In this document: one piece after another, positions 18,891 to 28,274 of the stretch | Position numbering within the stretch: the stretch's first letter is position 1 | Layout of the letters: every line of letters starts with the position of its first letter | Origin: an uncultured Gaiellaceae bacterium | Lineage (GTDB): Bacteria; Actinomycetota; Thermoleophilia; Gaiellales; Gaiellaceae | NCBI GenBank assembly: GCA_963794385.1 | Contig: CAWCDT010000002.1 | Span: forward strand, 160,596 to 224,595 | Reading direction: 5' to 3' | Length of the DNA stretch: 64,000 nucleotides | Notes under the pieces: model-generated | Told to the model about the DNA's origin: nothing | Databases searched by the model: none | What the model saw: the letters and a program-made list of their open reading frames with translations, nothing else | Translations under genes and position numbers: made by a program

Positions 18891-19814
18891 GTGATCCTTC
18901 CGACGGGTGAGACCCGCCTGCTTGGCGGACCAGCGGACGCACTCTTCGAGATCGGCTCGATCACGAAACCCCTGACGGGCGTCCTACTCGCGGAGGCGGT
19001 ACTGCGCGGCGAGATGTCACTGGACGACCCGCTTTCGAAGCACCTTCCGCTTCACCAGGCGCCGTTGCTCTGGCCTGAGCGAGCGCCGACGCTCGTCGAG
19101 CTCGCGACGCACCAGGCCGGCCTGCCGAATACGCCCAGGAAGCTCCACCGACGTGAGGTCGCCTTCGTGCTCGGGCTCCGCCGCACCGATCCTTGGGTGG
19201 ATGTCGACGACGTGTCCTACCCTCGGTTGCTCGCAGCGACCACCGTGAAGCGCTTCGGCCGGTTCCGCTACTCGAGCATCGGCTTCGGCCTTCTCGGCGA
19301 GGCGCTGGCCCGCCGTGCCGGAACGAGCTACGAGCTGCTCCAGCGGACGCGGCTCTGCGAGCCGCTCGGTCTTGCCGACACGTGGGTCGAACCGCCGCCG
19401 GGCGTGCGCGAGCGGCTGCTTCCGGGCCACACCCGCCGGGGCCGCCCCGCCCCGTGGCTGCGGGACGTGATGCCCGCGGCCGGCTCCGTCCGCTCGACCG
19501 TCTCGGACCTGCTCCGCCTGCTGGCGGCGGCGCTGGCTCCTGCCGCCGACTCGCCCGGACCGGCGCTCGCTCTCGCCGCGAAGCCGCGGCACCAGCTCTC
19601 GCGCGGGATGTTCATCGGGCTCGGCTGGCTCTTTCTCGAGCGAGGAGGAAAGCCTCCGGTCGTGTGGCACAACGGCGGCACGTTCGGCTTCCGGAGCTTC
19701 GCGGGCTATGTGCCGGCGGAGGGCGTCGCCGCGGTGGTGCTGGCGAACTCGCTCCGCGGCGTCGACCGGCTCGGTTTCAAGCTCCTCGACGCGGCGGCCG
19801 CCGCAACGTCGTGA
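18891..19814 (+). CDS. serine hydrolase, class C beta-lactamase/PBP-like; the N-terminus may be truncated
   Basis: SxxK motif FEIGSITK lies only 22 aa from the GTG start. The frame upstream (open from 18795) still looks coding but has no canonical start. Confidence 0.75.
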   Translation: MILPTGETRLLGGPADALFEIGSITKPLTGVLLAEAVLRGEMSLDDPLSKHLPLHQAPLLWPERAPTLVELATHQAGLPNTPRKLHRREVAFVLGLRRTDPWVDVDDVSYPRLLAATTVKRFGRFRYSSIGFGLLGEALARRAGTSYELLQRTRLCEPLGLADTWVEPPPGVRERLLPGHTRRGRPAPWLRDVMPAAGSVRSTVSDLLRLLAAALAPAADSPGPALALAAKPRHQLSRGMFIGLGWLFLERGGKPPVVWHNGGTFGFRSFAGYVPAEGVAAVVLANSLRGVDRLGFKLLDAAAAATS

Positions 19815-19829
19815 CTACACTGCGGCGCC

Positions 19830-20396
19830 GTGGCCGAGGTCGTCAGCACCAACGAGTTCAAGAACGGGATGCACATCGAGCTGGACGGCTCGGTCTGGCG
19901 CATCGTCGAGTTCCAGCACGTGAAGCCGGGCAAAGGCGGTGCGTTCGTGCGGACGAAGGTGAAGAGCGTGGACTCGGGCGCCGTCGTCGACCGGACATTC
20001 CGGGCGGGTGAGAAGTTTCCGCGCGTCTTCACCGAGGTCAAGAGCATGCAGTACCTCTACGACTCCGGCGACGAGGTCGTCTTCATGGACCAGGGCACCT
20101 ACGAGCAGCTCTCGCTGTCGCACGCGTCGCTCGAGGCCGAGCTGCCGTACATGCTGCCCTCGAGCTCCGTGCAGCTCCTCTTCGTCGGCGGCAGGCCCTC
20201 GGGCGTGCAGCTTCCCTCCTCGATCGAGCTCTCGGTGACCGACACGGAGCCCGGCGTGAAGGGCGACACCGTCTCGAACGTGACGAAGCCGGCGACGCTC
20301 GAGACGGGCGCGGTCGTCGCCGTGCCCCTCTTCGTGAACGTGGGCGACCGGATCAAGGTCGATCCCCGCGAAGGCCGCTACATCTCGCGGGCGTAG
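19830..20396 (+). CDS. efp: elongation factor P
   Basis: 188 aa. VSTNEFKNGMHIELDG, VKPGKGGAFVRTKVK, and ATLETGAVVAVPLFVNVGD. Confidence 0.95.
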   Translation: MAEVVSTNEFKNGMHIELDGSVWRIVEFQHVKPGKGGAFVRTKVKSVDSGAVVDRTFRAGEKFPRVFTEVKSMQYLYDSGDEVVFMDQGTYEQLSLSHASLEAELPYMLPSSSVQLLFVGGRPSGVQLPSSIELSVTDTEPGVKGDTVSNVTKPATLETGAVVAVPLFVNVGDRIKVDPREGRYISRA

Positions 20397-20434
20397 AGCC
20401 TCTTCGCCGCTGCGGCGCTCGGTAGGCTCCGCTC

Positions 20435-22231
20435 GTGCCGAAGCTCGTCGACACGACGATTCGCCTGCTTTCGCAGGAGCCGCTTGCGGGCAAGGTGCCG
20501 ACCGGTGAAGTGCTCCGGCTCGCCGAGGTGCTCGACAAGGCCGGCTTCGCCTGCCTCGAGATCTCCGGCGGCGGGGTCTTCGACACCGCCGTCCGTCGCG
20601 GCGTCGAGAGCCCCTGGGAGCGCATTCGGGCACTGAAGGCGCGGACGACGACGCCGCTCGGGCTGGCGTTGCGCGGGCGGTTTCTCGTCGGGTCGCGGCC
20701 GGTGGGGGCCGACTTCGTGCGCCGCTTCGTCGCCTCCGCCGCCGAGAACGGCATCGACGTCTTCCGCCTCCACGACCCGCTCAACGACGTCTCGAACCTC
20801 CGCGAGCCCGGCGAGGCGATCGTCTCCGCCGGCAAGGAGTTCCACGCCGGGCTCGTTTACAGCCCCGGCGACTCGCGGGCGATGGACCAGCTCGTCGAGC
20901 AGGCGAAGGAGCTGCCCGAGATCAAGGCGACCCGGGCGCTCGTGCACGACCCGAGCGGCGGGCTCGAGCCGCACCAGGCCGGCGAGCTCGTCGGCCGGGT
21001 CGCGGAGGCGTCCGGCCTCCCGGTCGGCTTCTACTGCCAGGGAGCCGGCGGCGCGGGGCTCGCCGACTCGATCGAGGCTGCGCGCGCCGGCGCGGACCTG
21101 ATCGCCTGCGCCGTCTACCCGCTCGCGCTCTCGCTCCATCGCGTCGCGGGCGAGTCGCTCGCGTCGGCGCTCGCCGGGATGGGGCTCGACACGGGCGTCG
21201 ACGTCTCTCTGCTCTGGGACGCGTCCGACCTCGTCGACGAGCACGTCGGCGACGAGATCATCACCCCGCACGCGCCGCGGCTCGCCGTGCGGGCTGCCGA
21301 GTACGACCTGCCCACGGGCCTGGTCGCCGCCCTGGACACGCACCTGCGCGCGCACGCGGCCGACGACCGGCTGCTCGAGACGCTCGAGGAGCTGCAGCAG
21401 ATCCGGCGCGAGACCGGCTGGCCGCCGCTGGCCGCCCCGATCGGGCAGATCCTCGCCTCGCAGGCCCTCATCCACGTTCTCTCGGCACGACGCTACGGAA
21501 CCGTCGTCGACGAGTTCCGGTCGCTCGTCCAGGGCGGCTTCGGCACGCCGCCGGGCACCGTCGACCCGACCGTCGAGCGCGCCGTCGCGCTGCTCACGAA
21601 CGGCGCCCCGCCGGTGGAGGACCCACCGACCGCCGAGGACGTGCGCCTGGAGGCCGAGGGCCTCGCCGCCAGCGAGGAAGAGCTCGTCCTGATCGCCCTC
21701 TTCGGAGAGGAGGCCGAGATGCTGCTGCGGACGATCCGGGCCCGCCACAACCGGGACGACCGCGGGGAGACGACGCTCGAGGAGACCCGCGAGCAGCGGA
21801 TCCGCGAGCTCGTCCGGATCGTGCAGGAGAGCGGCGTCGCGGAGGTCGAGATCGAGGACGAGGGGATGCGCGTCTCGGTCCGGCGGACGGAGGAGCGGCC
21901 GACGTTCCCGGGCGCAGCACCGCTCGCGGAGGACGAGCCGTCCGAGCTGCCCGTCGCCGCTGCCCCGTCGGAGGGCTCGATCAAGGTCGAGTCGCCGATG
22001 GTCGGCGTCTTCTACCGCGCCGGCGAGCCCGGCTCGCCGCCGTTCGTCGACGTCGGGGACGTGGTCGCGCCGGGGCAGACGCTCTGCCTGCTCGAGGCGA
22101 TGAAGCTCTTCAACGAGCTGAAGTCGGAAGCGGCCGGCCGCGTCACGGCGATCCACGCCGAGAACGGCAAGCCGGTCGAGTTCGGGCAGCTCCTGTTCGA
22201 GCTCGAGCCGATCCTCGGTCCACCGCGCTAG
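20435..22231 (+). CDS. 5S-type carboxyltransferase-like domain (metal ligands replaced) fused to an AccB-type biotin carboxyl carrier domain
   Basis: Clear similarity to transcarboxylase 5S / PycB / OadA over roughly 450 aa. The C-terminal biotinyl domain has LLEAMKLFNELKSE. It lies directly upstream of accC, in the usual accB position. Confidence 0.8.
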   Translation: MPKLVDTTIRLLSQEPLAGKVPTGEVLRLAEVLDKAGFACLEISGGGVFDTAVRRGVESPWERIRALKARTTTPLGLALRGRFLVGSRPVGADFVRRFVASAAENGIDVFRLHDPLNDVSNLREPGEAIVSAGKEFHAGLVYSPGDSRAMDQLVEQAKELPEIKATRALVHDPSGGLEPHQAGELVGRVAEASGLPVGFYCQGAGGAGLADSIEAARAGADLIACAVYPLALSLHRVAGESLASALAGMGLDTGVDVSLLWDASDLVDEHVGDEIITPHAPRLAVRAAEYDLPTGLVAALDTHLRAHAADDRLLETLEELQQIRRETGWPPLAAPIGQILASQALIHVLSARRYGTVVDEFRSLVQGGFGTPPGTVDPTVERAVALLTNGAPPVEDPPTAEDVRLEAEGLAASEEELVLIALFGEEAEMLLRTIRARHNRDDRGETTLEETREQRIRELVRIVQESGVAEVEIEDEGMRVSVRRTEERPTFPGAAPLAEDEPSELPVAAAPSEGSIKVESPMVGVFYRAGEPGSPPFVDVGDVVAPGQTLCLLEAMKLFNELKSEAAGRVTAIHAENGKPVEFGQLLFELEPILGPPR

Positions 22232-22236
22232 CTCTG

Positions 22237-23595
22237 ATGTTCAGCCGGGTCCTGGTCGCGAACCGCGGCGAGATCGCCGTCCGGGTGATCCGCGCGATCC
22301 ACGAGCTCGGCGCCGAGGCGGTCGCGGTCTACTCGACCGCCGACCGCGACGCGCTCCACGTCAGGCTGGCCGACCGCTCGGTCTGCATCGGCCCGCCCGC
22401 CGCGGCCGAGAGCTATCTCCGCATCCCGAACGTGATCGCCGCCGCGGAGACCACCGGCTGCGAGGCCGTCCATCCCGGCTACGGCTTCCTGTCCGAGAAC
22501 CCCGCCTTCGTGCGCGCCTGCGAGGAGCACGACCTCGCCTTCGTCGGCCCGGGAGCGGACGTGATGGAGCGGATGGGCGACAAGGCCCGCGCGAAGGCGG
22601 AGATGCGGGCGGCGGACGTGCCGCTCGTCCCCGGTACCGAGGGCGGCGCCTCCCTCGACGAGATGCGCGCGGCCGCGGCCGAGCTCGGCTTCCCGGTGCT
22701 GCTGAAGGCCGTCTCCGGCGGCGGCGGCAAAGGCATGCGGCTCGTGCGGTCGCCGGACGAGCTCGAGCGCGCCTACTCGACAGCCGGCGTCGAGGCCGAG
22801 GCGGCCTTCTCGGACGGCTCCCTGTATCTCGAGAAGGCGCTCGTGCCCGCCCGCCATGTCGAGGTACAGGTGCTCTGCGACCGGGACGGCGGCGTGCTCA
22901 CGCTCGGCGAGCGCGAATGCTCGATCCAGCGCCGGCACCAGAAGCTCGTCGAGGAGTCTCCCTCGCCGGCCCTCGACGACGCCACGCGCGAGGCGATGGA
23001 GGCTGCCACCGAACGCGCTTGCCGCACGATCGGGTACGAGAACGCCGGCACCTTCGAGTTCCTGCTCGGCGCCGACGGCACGTTCCACTTCATGGAGCTG
23101 AACGCCCGTCTCCAGGTCGAGCACCCGGTCAGCGAGCTGGTGACCGGGGTCGACATCGTGCGCGAGCAGCTGCGGATCGCCGCGGGCGAGCGGCTCTCGT
23201 CGACCGGCCGTGCTCCGAGGCGAGGGCACGCGATCGAGATCCGGCTGAATGCCGAGGATCCGGCCCGCGGCTTCGCGCCGGCACCGGGGACGATCGAGCG
23301 GTTCCGGCCGCCGCTCGGGCCCGGCATCCGGATCGACACGCACCTCGAGGAGGGCGCGTCGATTTCGCCGTACTACGACTCCCTGATCGCGAAGCTCGTC
23401 GTCTGGGCCGAGGACCGGCCCGCGGCGATCGCGCGCTGCGTGCGCGCGCTCGCCGAGATCGAGCTCGGCGGCGTTCCGACCACCCGCGAGCTCGCGCTCG
23501 ACATCCTTCGTTCCGCAGAGTTCGCCGGGGGCGACTACTCGACGAGCTTCCTCGAGGAGATGGAAGGGCGCCTGCCGGCGCTCGCCGCGGGATGA
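22237..23595 (+). CDS. accC: biotin carboxylase
   Basis: 452 aa. VANRGEIAVRVIRA, the ATP-grasp motif GGGGKGMR, and EMNARLQVEHPV-type motifs (MELNARLQVEHPVSE). Confidence 0.95.
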   Translation: MFSRVLVANRGEIAVRVIRAIHELGAEAVAVYSTADRDALHVRLADRSVCIGPPAAAESYLRIPNVIAAAETTGCEAVHPGYGFLSENPAFVRACEEHDLAFVGPGADVMERMGDKARAKAEMRAADVPLVPGTEGGASLDEMRAAAAELGFPVLLKAVSGGGGKGMRLVRSPDELERAYSTAGVEAEAAFSDGSLYLEKALVPARHVEVQVLCDRDGGVLTLGERECSIQRRHQKLVEESPSPALDDATREAMEAATERACRTIGYENAGTFEFLLGADGTFHFMELNARLQVEHPVSELVTGVDIVREQLRIAAGERLSSTGRAPRRGHAIEIRLNAEDPARGFAPAPGTIERFRPPLGPGIRIDTHLEEGASISPYYDSLIAKLVVWAEDRPAAIARCVRALAEIELGGVPTTRELALDILRSAEFAGGDYSTSFLEEMEGRLPALAAG

Positions 23596-23903
23596 GCCGT
23601 GACGGACATGTCATCCGCGGCCCGCACGGGTCGATCCGGATCGAGGCCGATGCGATCGCGGCGCTCGTCGTCGCGGCCGCGGAACGGGTCGACGGTGCGC
23701 GCGCTCGGCGGCCGCGGCGTGGGCTCGTCGTCTCGATCTCGGACGGCGCCGCCCGCGTCGAGCTCGAGCTCGCGGCCCGCTACGGCGTGACGCTGCCGGC
23801 TCTCGCGGGCGAGGTCCAGAAGAGCGTCGCAGCCGCGTTGCACGACGCGGCCGGCCTGAGGGTGGACGCGGTGGACGTCAGGATCGAGGAGCTCGAGCGG
23901 TGA
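23592..23903 (+). CDS. Asp23/Gls24 family envelope stress protein
   Basis: ATGA overlap with accC. 103 aa. IRIEADAIAALVVAAAERVDG and VDAVDVRIEEL are typical of the family. Same position as B. subtilis yqhY. Confidence 0.8.
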   Translation: MSRDGHVIRGPHGSIRIEADAIAALVVAAAERVDGARARRPRRGLVVSISDGAARVELELAARYGVTLPALAGEVQKSVAAALHDAAGLRVDAVDVRIEELER

Positions 23904-24280
23904 GCACGGGCCGGCGGCAGGCCCGGCGGACGGCGCTCTTCCTGCTCTACCAGTGGGACCTCACGGGGCAGCCGCTGACGGCACTGTACGAGGGCGAGCC
24001 GGATGCGTTCGCGCTCGGGCTCGCGGAGGCGGTCTCGGCCCGGTCCGAGGAGCTCGACCGCCGGATCACCGCGAGCGCGGAGGGCTGGACCGCCGATCGC
24101 CTGGGTACGCTCGAGCGGAACATTCTGCGGATCGGGATCCACGAGCTCGAGGAGGAGAGTGTGCCGCCCGAGGTGGCGATGAACGAGGCCGTCGTGCTCG
24201 CGAAGCGATACGCGTCGGAGGATGCGGCCCGGCTCGTGAACGGGATCCTCGCCCGCGTGTCCAGGGAGGAGGCTGCGTGA
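23900..24280 (+). CDS. nusB: transcription antitermination factor NusB
   Basis: 126 aa. RRQARRTALFLLYQWD, LERNILRIGIHEL, and AKRYASEDAARLVNGIL. Confidence 0.9.
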   Translation: MSTGRRQARRTALFLLYQWDLTGQPLTALYEGEPDAFALGLAEAVSARSEELDRRITASAEGWTADRLGTLERNILRIGIHELEEESVPPEVAMNEAVVLAKRYASEDAARLVNGILARVSREEAA

Positions 24281-24489
24281 CTGAGCCAGGGTCGGCCGAC
24301 GAGTCGCTCGCGCGCGCCGAGGAGCTGCTCGAGCGGTTGAAGGCGGCGCGGGACGAGCTGGAGCGGCTCGCGGCGGCGGAGGACACCGAGTCGGCCGTCG
24401 AGGTGCTGACGGAGCTTGCCGACATTGCCAAGGAGGTCGAGGGAGAGCTGACAAGGGCCCGGGCGCGTGCCGATGCAGCGCAGCCCTGA
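24277..24489 (+). CDS. small acidic coiled-coil protein in the xseB position (function not established)
   Basis: GTGA overlap with the nusB stop. 70 aa with high GC3. It lies immediately upstream of the polyprenyl synthase, as xseB does in E. coli and B. subtilis, but no xseA is present and the motif match is weak. Confidence 0.45.
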   Translation: MTEPGSADESLARAEELLERLKAARDELERLAAAEDTESAVEVLTELADIAKEVEGELTRARARADAAQP

Positions 24490-25246
24490 CGAGCTGCGGG
24501 CGCTCGTCGAGGGCTACCTCGGCGAGCTCGCGTTCACGCCCGAGCTCGGCGCGCTCGAGGAAGTGCTCCGTTACCCGCTCGAGTCGGGCGGGAAGCGCGT
24601 ACGGCCGGTGCTCGCTCTCGCCGTGGCCGAAGCCGCTGGCTCCACTGCAGAGGATTGCCTCCCAGCTGCGGCGGCCATCGAGCTCGTGCATACGTTCTCG
24701 CTCGTTCACGACGACCTGCCCGCCATGGACGACGACGACGAACGGCGCGGGCGCGCCTCGGCGCACGTCGCGTTCGGCGAGGCGACCGCCCTGCTCGCGG
24801 GCGACGCGCTGCTCGCCGAGGCGTTCCGGCTCGCTCTCTCGTACCCGACGCCGCTCGTCGGCCGCGAGCTCGCACAGGCGACGCTCGCAATGATCGGAGG
24901 CCAGCACCGGGACGTGATGGGCGACACCGGCGATCTCGCCGCGCTGCACCGGCTCAAGACCGGTGCTCTCTTCTCCGCCTCGGTCGGTGTGGGACTCTGG
25001 GTTGCTGAAGTCCCCGAGCACGACCAACCTCCGTGGCGGGCGTTCGCGGACGAGCTCGGCCTGCTGTTCCAGATCGTCGACGACGTGCTCGACGGTGACG
25101 GCTATGCCGAGGCCCACGGCGTCGAGGAGGCGCGACGCCTCGCCGACGGCGCCGCCGCGCGTGCGCAGGAGCGACTCGCCGCGATTCCAGCCGAGACGGG
25201 CGTGCTCGCGGAGATCGCGGCCGGCCTCGCCGCGCGCACCGCATAG
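24467..25246 (+). CDS. polyprenyl (farnesyl/geranylgeranyl) diphosphate synthase
   Basis: First DDxxD motif LVHDDLPAMDDDDERRG and second motif FQIVDDVLD. 259 aa. Confidence 0.9.
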   Translation: MPMQRSPDELRALVEGYLGELAFTPELGALEEVLRYPLESGGKRVRPVLALAVAEAAGSTAEDCLPAAAAIELVHTFSLVHDDLPAMDDDDERRGRASAHVAFGEATALLAGDALLAEAFRLALSYPTPLVGRELAQATLAMIGGQHRDVMGDTGDLAALHRLKTGALFSASVGVGLWVAEVPEHDQPPWRAFADELGLLFQIVDDVLDGDGYAEAHGVEEARRLADGAAARAQERLAAIPAETGVLAEIAAGLAARTA

Positions 25247-25255
25247 AGTGCCGCC

Positions 25256-25678
25256 GTGGAGCAGCGTGTCAGCCTGGTCACGCTGGGCGTCAGGGATCTC
25301 CCACGCGCGCGAGCCTTCTACGAGGCGCTCGGCTGGACGACCGGCGCCGCGCCGGACGACGACGTCGTCTTCTTCCAGGCCGGCGGGATGATTCTCGCGC
25401 TCTGGGGCCGGGACGACCTCGCGGCGGACAGTGGCGTTGACGACACCGGGGGCTGGGGAGGTGTCACCCTGGCCCACAACGTGCGTTCGCCGGCCGAAGT
25501 GGACAGGGTGCTGGCCGAGGCCGAGGGAGCGGGAGCGACGATCCCGAGACGCGGCGCCGAGACCTTCTGGGGCGGCTACTCGGGTGTCTTCGTCGACCCG
25601 GACGGCCATCCGTGGGAGGTGGCCCACAACCCGCACTGGACGATCCGGGACGACGGCTCGGTCGAGCTGGCCAAGTAA
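25256..25678 (+). CDS. VOC (glyoxalase/bleomycin resistance) family protein
   Basis: 140 aa. VSLVTLGVRDLPRARAFYEALGW and VFVDPDGHPWEVAHNP. Its stop codon lies inside palindrome copy 1. Confidence 0.85.
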   Translation: MEQRVSLVTLGVRDLPRARAFYEALGWTTGAAPDDDVVFFQAGGMILALWGRDDLAADSGVDDTGGWGGVTLAHNVRSPAEVDRVLAEAEGAGATIPRRGAETFWGGYSGVFVDPDGHPWEVAHNPHWTIRDDGSVELAK

Positions 25679-25694
25679 CAGTCTGTTACTTGGC
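25670..25694. repeat. AT-rich palindrome, copy 1 (GCCAAGTAACAG-T-CTGTTACTTGGC)
   Basis: Perfect 12+1+12 inverted repeat read directly. It contains the TAA of the VOC gene (25676-25678) and the reverse-strand TAA of the next gene (25686-25688). Confidence 0.95.
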
Positions 25695-26663
25695 GGCCGC
25701 TCGGAGGACGCGCAGGGCGTTCAGCGTCAGCATCTCGCTCGGGCCTGAGCCCCAGTCGACGACCTCGATGTTGCTGCCCTTCGATCCCGGCGGTCGCCAC
25801 CAGCGCCCACCCGCGCGCCAGCGGCCGTCCCGGAGGCGCCGTTCCTCGACTAGCGCGATCCCGTCGGCTGCGCGCGGGTCCCCGGCCAGTCCCATCCGAG
25901 CGAGGACGAGGAGCGCCTGGAGCACGTCGTAGTGCCAGAACGGTGGATAGTGCAGCGTGACGAACGACGAATGGATCGGCTCCCCGGTCGCGAGCGTCCG
26001 GAAGAGCCGATGCTCGAGGAAGAGCTCTGCCGTCCGCTCGGCCGCATCCTTCGCCGCAGGCTCCCCGGTTGCGGCCCAGTACTCGTGCAGCCCCCACATC
26101 GGGGGCAGCGACTCGTTGAACGAGGAGCGGTAGCCGCTGGCCTTCTTGTCGCAGTTCCAGCCGCCGTCCGGCCACTGCCACTCGACGAGCGAATCGGCAA
26201 GCAACCGGACGCGCGGATCGTGCGCCAGTCCGAGCCGGCAACAGACCGCCAGCGCGTTTCCCTCCTGTGAGCCGCACCGCCGGGTGAGGCCGTTGATCGA
26301 CTGGATGCGGTCGCGATGACCCTTCCCGGTCAGCCACGCGAGCACCTGCTCGGTCGCGGCGACGCAACGCGGCTCGCCGGCGGGGACGCCGAGCTCGACG
26401 AGCGAGACGAGCCGCCAGTGCGCGCCGCCCCACTTGCCGTAGGCGTGCACGCCGAAGCCACCGTCGGGTCGCTGACCCGCGAGCAGTGCCCGGGCCTTCG
26501 GCCCCTCGAGCACGTGTGCGGCCTCGGGTGGCTCCCGCTCGCCGAGGAGGTCTCGCTTCGTCTGGAAGACGATCCCGGGCTCATCCGAGTCGAGGAGCCA
26601 ATCGACCGCAGAGGCCGTGACGACGCGATCTTCCTTGAGTTCCATGACGGTCCTGTAACACAT
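25686..26663 (-). CDS. prenyltransferase / terpene-cyclase-like alpha-alpha toroid repeat protein
   Basis: 325 aa with repeated QW-like motifs (GQRPDGGFG, WQWPDGGWN, LRDGRWRAGG) and regularly spaced aromatic and Gly residues. The specific family is not identified. Confidence 0.6.
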   Translation of the reverse strand: MCYRTVMELKEDRVVTASAVDWLLDSDEPGIVFQTKRDLLGEREPPEAAHVLEGPKARALLAGQRPDGGFGVHAYGKWGGAHWRLVSLVELGVPAGEPRCVAATEQVLAWLTGKGHRDRIQSINGLTRRCGSQEGNALAVCCRLGLAHDPRVRLLADSLVEWQWPDGGWNCDKKASGYRSSFNESLPPMWGLHEYWAATGEPAAKDAAERTAELFLEHRLFRTLATGEPIHSSFVTLHYPPFWHYDVLQALLVLARMGLAGDPRAADGIALVEERRLRDGRWRAGGRWWRPPGSKGSNIEVVDWGSGPSEMLTLNALRVLRAAAK

Positions 26664-26683
26664 CGCGCGACTACCCTTCGGCC

Positions 26684-27448
26684 GTGAAGAAGCGGCTGGA
26701 CGTTCTTCTGGTCGAGCGCGGGCTTGCGGAGAGCCGCGCGCAGGCGCAGGCGCTCGTGCTCGCGGGCCTCGTTCCCGGCTACGACAAGCCGGGCCACCAG
26801 GTCTCCGAGGACGCGCAGCTCGCGGTCGAGCGGCCGCCCCGCTTCGTCTCGCGCGGGGGCGAGAAGCTCGCGAACGCGCTCGAGCAGCTCGAGCTCGAGC
26901 TGGACGGCCGCGACGCGATCGACCTCGGCGCCTCGACGGGTGGCTTCACCGACTGCCTGCTCCAGGGCGGCGTCGGCCGCGTCGTCGCGGTGGACGTCGG
27001 CTACGGCCAGCTCCATCCGAAGCTCCGCAACGACCCGCGCGTGACCGTGCTGGAGCGGACGAACGCACGCGAGCTCACGGAGCTCCCGTTCCGCCCTGAT
27101 CTGCTCGTCTGCGACGTCTCGTTCATCAGCGTGAGGCTCGTGCTGCCGCCCGTCGTCCCACTGCTCGAGCCCGGCTACGACGCGCTCGTGCTCGTGAAGC
27201 CCCAGTTCGAGGCCGGTCGCGAGGAGGTCGGGAAGGGCGGCGTCGTCCGGGACCCGGAGGTCCATCGGCGCGTCCTCCGCGAGGTCGTCGAGGCGGCGCT
27301 CGGCTGGGGTGCCACTGCGGTGGGAGTCGTAGACTCCGGACTGCCCGGACCGAAGGGCAACCGCGAGTTCTTCGTCCATCTGATCGACCGCGACGACCCC
27401 GTGCTCCTGGATGACATCGACGACCGGATCCGAGACGCTGTCCGCTGA
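26684..27448 (+). CDS. tlyA: TlyA family rRNA 2'-O-ribose methyltransferase
   Basis: S4 domain (KKRLDVLLVERGLAESRAQAQALV), FVSRGGEKL, DLGASTGGFTDCLLQGG, and DVSFIS. Confidence 0.9.
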   Translation: MKKRLDVLLVERGLAESRAQAQALVLAGLVPGYDKPGHQVSEDAQLAVERPPRFVSRGGEKLANALEQLELELDGRDAIDLGASTGGFTDCLLQGGVGRVVAVDVGYGQLHPKLRNDPRVTVLERTNARELTELPFRPDLLVCDVSFISVRLVLPPVVPLLEPGYDALVLVKPQFEAGREEVGKGGVVRDPEVHRRVLREVVEAALGWGATAVGVVDSGLPGPKGNREFFVHLIDRDDPVLLDDIDDRIRDAVR

Positions 27449-28274
27449 AGCCGTGAAGCGCGCTGCCGTCGTCACGCACGGCAAGCCGCAGGAGATCGGC
27501 TCCGCGCTCGCCCGCCTGGCGACGGTTGCACGAGAGGCCGGCGTGGAGCTGCACATGAGCGAGGGGGAGACGGAGAAGCACGGTCTGGAGCCGGAGCAGG
27601 AGGACGCGACCGACGTCGACATCGCGGTCGTGCTCGGCGGCGACGGGACGATGCTGCGCGCGCTCAACCGCTTCCTGGGCACCGACGTGCCGGTGATCGG
27701 CGTCAACTTCGGCCGGGTCGGCTTCCTGTCGTCGATCCCCCGCGACGAGCTCGAGACGGGGCTCGCCCGGGTCTTCGCCGGCGACTACCGCGTCGAGCAG
27801 CTGCCGACTCTCGACGTCGAGGTGGGCGAGGAGCGCCGGGTCGCGGTCAACGACCTCGTCGTCTCGAGCGCGATCGTCGGCCGGATGATCCACCTCGAGT
27901 GGGCGGTCGGCGGCGAGGCGCTCGGCCGACTCGCCTGCGACGGCGTCGTCTGCGCGACCCCCTCCGGCTCGACGGGCTACAACTTCTCGAACGGCGGCCC
28001 CGTGCTCGTCTGGGGCCTCGACGCAATGTCGGTGACGTTCGTCGCGCCGCATTCGGTGAACGCACGGCCGCTCGTCGTCCCGCGCAGCTCCGAGCTGCTC
28101 GTGTGGAACCGCACACCAGACGTGCCGGCCACCGCACTCGTGGACGGGCACCGCGTCGCCGACCTGCCGCCGGGCGGACGGGCCGTCGCCCGCGTCGGAG
28201 ACAAGCGATCGCTGCTCGCCACCGTGCCGGGGATCACCTTCTTCAGCCGCTACCGGCGGGCCTTTGCTTCGTAG
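27411..28274 (+). CDS. nadK: NAD kinase
   Basis: GGDGTMLRA, NFGRVGFL, ATPSGSTGYNFSNGGP. An alternative GTG start at 27453 would remove the 38-nt overlap with tlyA. Confidence 0.9.
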   Translation: MTSTTGSETLSAEAVKRAAVVTHGKPQEIGSALARLATVAREAGVELHMSEGETEKHGLEPEQEDATDVDIAVVLGGDGTMLRALNRFLGTDVPVIGVNFGRVGFLSSIPRDELETGLARVFAGDYRVEQLPTLDVEVGEERRVAVNDLVVSSAIVGRMIHLEWAVGGEALGRLACDGVVCATPSGSTGYNFSNGGPVLVWGLDAMSVTFVAPHSVNARPLVVPRSSELLVWNRTPDVPATALVDGHRVADLPPGGRAVARVGDKRSLLATVPGITFFSRYRRAFAS

